Shown here: positions 58,687 to 64,000 of the stretch, piece after piece
How positions within the stretch are numbered: position 1 is the stretch's first letter
Layout: the number at the start of each line of letters is the position of its first letter
NCBI GenBank assembly: GCA_964012435.1
Contig: CAXGSM010000002.1
Location: forward strand, 634-64,633
Length of the DNA stretch: 64,000 nucleotides
Direction: 5' to 3'
DNA from: an uncultured bacterium
GTDB taxonomy: Bacteria > UBP7 > UBA6624
Translations under genes and position numbers: made by a program
Notes under the pieces: model-generated
Databases searched by the model: none
Told to the model about the DNA's origin: nothing
What the model saw: the letters and a program-made list of their open reading frames with translations, nothing else

Positions 58687-58938
58687 CTACTCGAAATACT
58701 TGCTATTTATCTCTATGTAACCACTCCACTCTTCAGGAAGATCCTCTTCTGGAAAAATAGCTTCAACTGGACAAACCGAAACACAAGCCCCACAATCAAT
58801 ACATGTGTCAGGATCTATATAACATTGATTTTCACCTTCATCATCCTCTTCTCTCGGGTGTATACAATCAACAGGACAGGCATCAATGCAAGCTCTATCC
58901 TTCTCTCCGATACAGGGCTCAGCAATAATATGAGTCAT
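58687..58938 (-). CDS. ferredoxin, FdxA-like (2 cluster motifs)
   Basis: IAEPCIGEKDRACIDACPVDCI and CIDCGACVSVCPVEAIF. 83 aa. Resembles 7Fe (3Fe-4S + 4Fe-4S) ferredoxins. Confidence 0.85.
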   Translation of the reverse strand: MTHIIAEPCIGEKDRACIDACPVDCIHPREEDDEGENQCYIDPDTCIDCGACVSVCPVEAIFPEEDLPEEWSGYIEINSKYFE

Positions 58939-59510
58939 TACGAAAAGGAGCTGCCGCCTCCGCCACAGCCGCAGCCACCACTTTTAGCACTATTTGGATT
59001 AGAAAGCTTTAAACCAGCGCCTTGAACACTCATTACGTAATCCATCCTTGTGCCTTTTATCATCGGTAAAGAATCTGGACCTATGCCCACTTTTAAACCA
59101 TGCTGTTCAACTAAATGTGCATCATCTAGGAACTCTTTAACGAATTTAAAATGATATTCAAAACTGCAATTACAGTTGGTGCTTACTTCAATCTGTAATC
59201 CAAAATATTCAGGATCCTCTTCAGTCATAGTTTCCAATATGACTTTAGCAGCCCTCTCAGTAATAACAAAAACTGCATCCTTCATCTCTGATATCATTAA
59301 ATTAATTTCTTCTAAAATTTCATCAAGTTCCTCTTTTTTCCTACCATGGCCTAAAACTCCTTGCTCTAAGGTCTCGTAACTTGAAACACCGCATCCAACA
59401 CAGTGTATACCTCTGGATTTTAATGCATCCGCAGCATAAGGGAATTTCTCAATAATATTCGAAATTGTCATATCTTTAGTAACAGCATTTTCAATATCTA
59501 TAGAACTCAT
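58938..59510 (-). CDS. fusion protein: DUF1858 (redox-disulfide) domain + HesB/IscA-type Fe-S carrier domain
   Basis: N-terminal MTISNIIEKFPYAADALKSRGIHCVGCGVSSYETLEQG. C-terminal IscA-like ITERAAKVI...DYV...GLKLSNPNSAKSGGCGCGGGGSSF. GGAGG RBS upstream. Confidence 0.7.
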   Translation of the reverse strand: MSSIDIENAVTKDMTISNIIEKFPYAADALKSRGIHCVGCGVSSYETLEQGVLGHGRKKEELDEILEEINLMISEMKDAVFVITERAAKVILETMTEEDPEYFGLQIEVSTNCNCSFEYHFKFVKEFLDDAHLVEQHGLKVGIGPDSLPMIKGTRMDYVMSVQGAGLKLSNPNSAKSGGCGCGGGGSSFS

Positions 59511-59543
59511 AAAACCTCCAAATAAATCACTCTCAACCTTATT

Positions 59544-61700
59544 CTAAATCTTAAAAAACAGAAAAAGAAAAAATAACAACAATGTAGAAAAGCTCAGATA
59601 AAAAACATAAGGATAACCAGGAAATATATATTCATATCCCTCAGACGATTCCAATGTTCCCAAAAAAGCATGCCCTATCCTGGGCAACTCTTGCTCCATT
59701 GATTTAGATTTCCATCCAGGATACCACCAAACAGGATTGAAATTCAGCCCTTCAGCAAAATTTTTATGACTTGTGTCTATAAAATCATTTAAATCTCCAG
59801 TAAAAAGCTTGGAGAGCAAAATAATTCTGTTATCTTCTGATGATTGAATCAATTTATCTCTCGAGAAAAAAGACATTTCTTTTGGTTTGAATGTCTGTCT
59901 TTTATACCTGTAAAAAACTTCCCCTGCAATAAGATGCTCTTCTGGTACAGAACTAATATTTAATTTTGTTCTGGACCAAATCTCTTTAAGGTTAATTAAA
60001 TCAGAAATTGTTGGATTTTCCAAACCTGTTGAAGGTATAAAAAAATCTTGAAATTCAATTGCCCAAACAGATTGCAAAGGTGAATTCAACTGAAGCCTGA
60101 TAGGCTTATTGACACAATTGGAAAAAATTGGATCATCCCATAAATACCCATTGGGGCTTCCTACATAGGCAGCAAAAGGTTTTTTCATATCTATGCTTTC
60201 CTGTTTTAAGCTTTCCGAATACGTGTCTACAAACCAGACTGAGGCCCCTGGTTCAGGACAATTACTATTTGAAATAAAGCTAATCTCATTCTCGGGAAGA
60301 TATTCATAAAATCTGACATTCCAACGCCAAGCTATGCCGATAAATGTTTCCAAAATTAAAAAAACACCCAGGTAAATGTGAAGATTTTTCTGTTTCTTTT
60401 TGACTGCTAACATTAACAAAAAAACAAATGGCAAAACTAAATTTAAAAAAGAATATTGAGTGCTTTCTGAACCTTGCAGGAAAAAAAATGAAGATAAGAA
60501 AAAGAAGAAACAAAAAATTGCCTGCTTGCGACTAAATTTAAACTGATTTTTTCTAAGCGTTTCAGAAAGATACAAGCAAAAAAAGAATAAAACCCCAAGC
60601 ATAAATCTATGAAAATCTCTAAAAAGACCCAGGTGAGGAAGAATCTTCACGAGTAATCCATAACCGGGACCCCATGAAAAAATCAAAGAAACCAGCATTC
60701 CAAGCAAATAAATATTACTTATTGATCCTGATTTAAAACTAAAAAATAAATAAAATAAAAAAATTGGAAACAATATAGAAAGATAAGACGAAGCAACCGG
60801 GTCATAAGAAGCAATATCACCTAAGCCAAACAAAGGAAAAAACCCATTTAAAAGAATCCTGAAATCAATTCCGCCTTGAGTCCCCCAAAAAAAACCTTCC
60901 CTTACTGAGCTGCTAGATAATGAAAAAGTCCCAAAAAGTTGAGGCATTGCTATAAGGATAGAAACAAAAATACAAGAAGAAAAAATCAAAAAAAGTTTTT
61001 TAAAAAAGGGTCCTTTGAGCGAAAATAAATATACAAAAGCGATAAAGATTACTATTATGCTGCCTTGAATTTGACCAGCTAAAAATGAAGAAGTAATAAA
61101 GAAAATCAACCAAAAAATTTCTTTCTTTGGAATTTTTTTCTCTACTAAATTCTTAAAAATTTTATCAATATAAATAATCATCCAAGGCAAAACAGAACTA
61201 GATAAAATCAAATTAATATTTGTAGACTGCGACTGATGAAAACCATAGTTACAAAAAATTAAAGTCGGTATCCAGACAGCCCAACCCTTGCAACCTTTTA
61301 AACGTAAAAGAGTTACCATTCCGCAACACATGATTAAATTTGCAAAAATTAACAAAAAAACATACTCTCCAGCAACACCCAAAACATTACTTGAGTCTGG
61401 CCATGGAGGAAGCATGTAAACAATCCAACGGAAAGGGTGAAAAAAACCAATTTGACCTTCAGCAATCAATGGAAATGAACCATTTAATGGACTTATGCCC
61501 CAGGAAAAATTTTCTACTTGTTGATAAAAAACTCTTGTAAAGGCTAGCCCGAACTCAAGATCGTCACCATTTAATGGATACTTATTGAAGAAGAAAGGGA
61601 AATGCTGAATGATAACAAGACTTAAACTTAACCAGAAATCTCTTAATTTAAATTTTTGCATAGATATCCTGTGCAATTGGCTTGCCATGCAATCTTCCAT
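59544..61700 (-). CDS. large polytopic membrane protein (GT-C-like architecture; function unknown)
   Basis: About 470 aa holding more than 10 hydrophobic helices, then about 230 aa that look soluble, then a final TM. Alternative start ATG at 61661. No catalytic motif identified. Confidence 0.5.
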   Translation of the reverse strand: MEDCMASQLHRISMQKFKLRDFWLSLSLVIIQHFPFFFNKYPLNGDDLEFGLAFTRVFYQQVENFSWGISPLNGSFPLIAEGQIGFFHPFRWIVYMLPPWPDSSNVLGVAGEYVFLLIFANLIMCCGMVTLLRLKGCKGWAVWIPTLIFCNYGFHQSQSTNINLILSSSVLPWMIIYIDKIFKNLVEKKIPKKEIFWLIFFITSSFLAGQIQGSIIVIFIAFVYLFSLKGPFFKKLFLIFSSCIFVSILIAMPQLFGTFSLSSSSVREGFFWGTQGGIDFRILLNGFFPLFGLGDIASYDPVASSYLSILFPIFLFYLFFSFKSGSISNIYLLGMLVSLIFSWGPGYGLLVKILPHLGLFRDFHRFMLGVLFFFCLYLSETLRKNQFKFSRKQAIFCFFFFLSSFFFLQGSESTQYSFLNLVLPFVFLLMLAVKKKQKNLHIYLGVFLILETFIGIAWRWNVRFYEYLPENEISFISNSNCPEPGASVWFVDTYSESLKQESIDMKKPFAAYVGSPNGYLWDDPIFSNCVNKPIRLQLNSPLQSVWAIEFQDFFIPSTGLENPTISDLINLKEIWSRTKLNISSVPEEHLIAGEVFYRYKRQTFKPKEMSFFSRDKLIQSSEDNRIILLSKLFTGDLNDFIDTSHKNFAEGLNFNPVWWYPGWKSKSMEQELPRIGHAFLGTLESSEGYEYIFPGYPYVFYLSFSTLLLFFLFLFFKI

Positions 61701-62616
61701 TTTCTATAAAAACTCTATGGTTATTCATGCCTTCAACCAATGCTCCTCCAACATAAACACCCTTTATTTCAGTTTCATAAGTTTGAATATTGTGTTTAGG
61801 AATTTGAAGTTCTCCTTCCAGCTTCAAACCACAACCATTTATTAAAAAATTTTTATCTGGCCTGTAGCCTGTCAACAAAAAACAATAATCAAAATCAAAA
61901 TTAACAGTTTTTAAATTTTGGACTTCAAAGGAAGCATGAGAGTCCACCAAAGAGATCAATCTTGAATTACCTAATAAAGTGATTTTTTTTGTACTTACCG
62001 CATCTAAAAAATCAGGATATATCCATTTTTTAATCTTTGAAGAATCTGGGCTTGATTGCCTGCAACTTAACAATACATTATTGCTTTTGCTCAAATCCAA
62101 AGCTGCCTCTACTGCAGAATTACCCGCACCAACTATTAATACATTTTTATTTTCAATTAAAGTCGATCCTGAAAAATAATGACTCACATTGAAGCCATTC
62201 TCACCAGGAACATCTAAATAATTTGGATTCGAATATATCCCAGTGGTTAAAACAACTTTTTTTGTATGAATTTTTTGACCACCTTTAAGGGTTAAAGTAA
62301 AGTCATTATCCTTTCCGGAAAGATGATCTAATTCTGAAAAATTTAAAATATTTAAATCATGTCTACCTGCAAAAGATTCATAATAATCACAGGCTTCCTT
62401 CAAAGTTGGATTAGAGCCATTCTTAGACTTCATTTCAAACTCATCTAAAGTTAGCTTTTCTGAAGTTGAAAAAAAAACCATATCTTTAGGGTAGCTTCTT
62501 ATGTGGTTACAAATACTGCCTTTATCAAGACCTAGAACCTTTAATGCATATTTGCCCAATTGATACAAAACCGAAAGTCCATTTGGACCCATGCCTACAA
62601 CAACAACATCAAACAT
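61648..62616 (-). CDS. FAD-dependent pyridine nucleotide-disulfide oxidoreductase, YpdA-like (putative low-MW-thiol disulfide reductase)
   Basis: FDVVVVGMGPNGLS...LDKGSICNHIRSYPKDMVFFSTSEKLTL resembles the YpdA-family N-terminus. A second GxGxxA (VLIVGAGNSAVEAA) is present. 322 aa. Confidence 0.65.
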   Translation of the reverse strand: MFDVVVVGMGPNGLSVLYQLGKYALKVLGLDKGSICNHIRSYPKDMVFFSTSEKLTLDEFEMKSKNGSNPTLKEACDYYESFAGRHDLNILNFSELDHLSGKDNDFTLTLKGGQKIHTKKVVLTTGIYSNPNYLDVPGENGFNVSHYFSGSTLIENKNVLIVGAGNSAVEAALDLSKSNNVLLSCRQSSPDSSKIKKWIYPDFLDAVSTKKITLLGNSRLISLVDSHASFEVQNLKTVNFDFDYCFLLTGYRPDKNFLINGCGLKLEGELQIPKHNIQTYETEIKGVYVGGALVEGMNNHRVFIENGRLHGKPIAQDIYAKI

Positions 62617-64000
62617 TAAATAATATGAATTTTCAAGACCGCAAAAACATCGGCACTAAGAGATACAGAAAAATTCCCCCTAGAATTCCTTACATTTTCA
62701 AGCTTCATTAAATCCTTTTTTAATTTTGAACTCTTGGTTAATATGCTAGTTCTTTCTTTTTTAAGCCTTGTTAATTCGTTCTTTTGTCCTTCATCCATGT
62801 CACGATTTTTAGAAAGGCTCATAACTTTGATATGTATTTTATTAAATTCCATTTTGTAATCATCAATTGCATCAGATATTCTTAACTTTAAATTATTAAA
62901 TCTAAAATCTTCCAATTCAATCAAATGATTAAAAACACTCTGCTTTTTATCCAAGAAAGCATCTTTAATTGAATCTATTTTTTGGAAAAATGGCTCAAGA
63001 GAAAAATTATCAGCAATCCTGCATGGGATCTCAGCTGGCCATAACAAATCATCAGGAATCTTGTCTAAGATTAAAAAATCATTGGAATCTGTCAAGATTA
63101 AAGAAACATCCTCAAAGCTCTCCTCCTTGTAACTCCATTTTATTTTTGAAAAAAAAGCTACACAATGATCAGATGATGTATCAAATCCTATCTCCTTTAA
63201 AACCTCTCTTTTAAGCACGGTAAATGACAGAGGAAGGTCAGTGACATCTTTTATAGATGAAGTTAAAAATGGGTGATTAATTGTTAGGTAATCAATCCAA
63301 GTTCTTGATAGTGCAATATCTTTTGAAAAAGTTCCTCTAATTAATTCTGGAAAGAAACGTGACGATCCTTCTTTTAGAAAATGAGGTATGGTGAATTTCA
63401 ATTCAAAATCATCTGAATCTTTAAGACAGTTATATTTATCTAAAAATTCACAAAAAGCAAGTTCGACTATTTCACCATCATTAAAAAACTTTATATTTTC
63501 TATATTGTTTAAATTTTCTGGCCTCAAATCAATACCACTTTTTGCAAATGATGACTCCAGCGACTCATCTACTTTCTTTATTGAAGAGGTTAATGAAGAA
63601 TCTAACTTTTTTAATTTCTTTTTTTTGCCATAAGAATCAACAAAAGCTTCCATGACAAATGATTCAGGATCATTTTCTGACGTCATATAGCCTAAAATTG
63701 TTTCTAATTCCCCAATTGTGTTTTTAAACAAATCTAGTTTTTTTTCTAAAATTTTAATTAAATGATCCTCTATCGTTTTTTTGGCAATTAAATTCACTAT
63801 CAAAACCTCTTTCTTTTGCCCTAACCTATGCACCCTACCTATTCTTTGCTCAATTTTCATCGGATTCCATGGAAGGTCGTAATTAACAACAATATTAGCG
63901 AATTGCAAATTACGCCCTTCGCTGCCAGCCTCTGTGCTTACTAATATTTGACCTTTTTGAAAATTTTCAATTATTTCATTTTTTTCGCCAACAGACATTC
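62616..64000 (-). CDS. SNF2-family helicase, C-terminal part only (N-terminus beyond window end)
   Basis: Helicase-C motifs STEAGSEGRNLQ, NYDLPWNP and QRIGRVHRLGQKKEV lie at the window edge. About 330 aa follow with no recognised domain and a coiled-coil-like end. The M at 63998 is almost certainly internal. Confidence 0.8.
   Translation of the reverse strand, partial: MSVGEKNEIIENFQKGQILVSTEAGSEGRNLQFANIVVNYDLPWNPMKIEQRIGRVHRLGQKKEVLIVNLIAKKTIEDHLIKILEKKLDLFKNTIGELETILGYMTSENDPESFVMEAFVDSYGKKKKLKKLDSSLTSSIKKVDESLESSFAKSGIDLRPENLNNIENIKFFNDGEIVELAFCEFLDKYNCLKDSDDFELKFTIPHFLKEGSSRFFPELIRGTFSKDIALSRTWIDYLTINHPFLTSSIKDVTDLPLSFTVLKREVLKEIGFDTSSDHCVAFFSKIKWSYKEESFEDVSLILTDSNDFLILDKIPDDLLWPAEIPCRIADNFSLEPFFQKIDSIKDAFLDKKQSVFNHLIELEDFRFNNLKLRISDAIDDYKMEFNKIHIKVMSLSKNRDMDEGQKNELTRLKKERTSILTKSSKLKKDLMKLENVRNSRGNFSVSLSADVFAVLKIHII

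Noticed and set aside
1-64000. Alternative genetic code (TGA recoding), CRISPR arrays, tRNA/rRNA genes, transposases or integrases.
   Set aside because: TGA terminates many genes exactly at verified overlap junctions, and the ORFs have normal family lengths under code 11. No repeat-spacer periodicity, cloverleaf-capable GC-rich intergenic segments or recombinase motifs were seen. All gaps are at most about 150 nt.

Overview
This is a gene-dense, visibly AT-rich chromosomal segment with about 60 CDS. It uses the standard genetic code, since TGA acts as a stop at many start/stop junctions I checked. I cannot name the organism. It looks like a diderm bacterium because it carries lpxK, a TolC-family gene, an ExbB/ExbD/TonB-type motor, lgt and an SLH-domain tether. 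I found no rRNA, tRNA, CRISPR array, transposase, integrase or prophage signal, and intergenic gaps are at most about 150 nt.

Main blocks:
- 1-5161 (-): a polysaccharide-export operon (orphan protein, Wzm/Wzt ABC-2 exporter, epimerase) following rsmD and coaD.
- 5187-9557 (+): rpmB, a membrane-anchored orphan, miaB and a TolC-like gene.
- 9541-11180 (-): mgtE plus a small ORF.
- 11309-15966 (+): five translationally coupled genes. They are ExbB/TolQ, ExbD/TolR, a LysM-bearing TonB/TolA-like protein, a 627-aa orphan, and an SLH + coiled-coil + C-terminal-anchor protein resembling Thermotoga Omp-alpha.
- 15973-20871 (+): epimerase, mdh, an MBL hydrolase and type III glutamine synthetase.
- 20900-23176 (-): lpxK, a PPC/DUF296 gene and rsmH, divergent from mraZ.
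- 23303-42939 (+): an almost gap-free 19.6-kb string. Its order is mraZ, two micro-ORFs, murE, murF, mraY, murD, murC, murB, a degenerate FtsZ-like gene, yggS, uppP, ftsK, lgt, two lipoproteins, uvrA and uvrC.
- 42932-64000: housekeeping and assorted genes. These include alaS, ruvX, polX, a GH20 hexosaminidase, a large alpha/beta hydrolase, apgM, a ferredoxin, a DUF1858-IscA fusion, a GT-C-like membrane protein, a YpdA-like flavoprotein and a truncated SNF2 helicase.

Most interesting:
- The Tol/TonB-like operon has non-canonical periplasmic and outer-membrane partners.
- The division/cell-wall cluster lacks ftsL, ftsI, ftsW, murG, ddl, ftsQ and ftsA.
- That cluster ends in a tail-less FtsZ-like protein with degenerate GTP-binding and T7 motifs.

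All functional calls come from motifs I recognised by eye in the translations. No database search was run.
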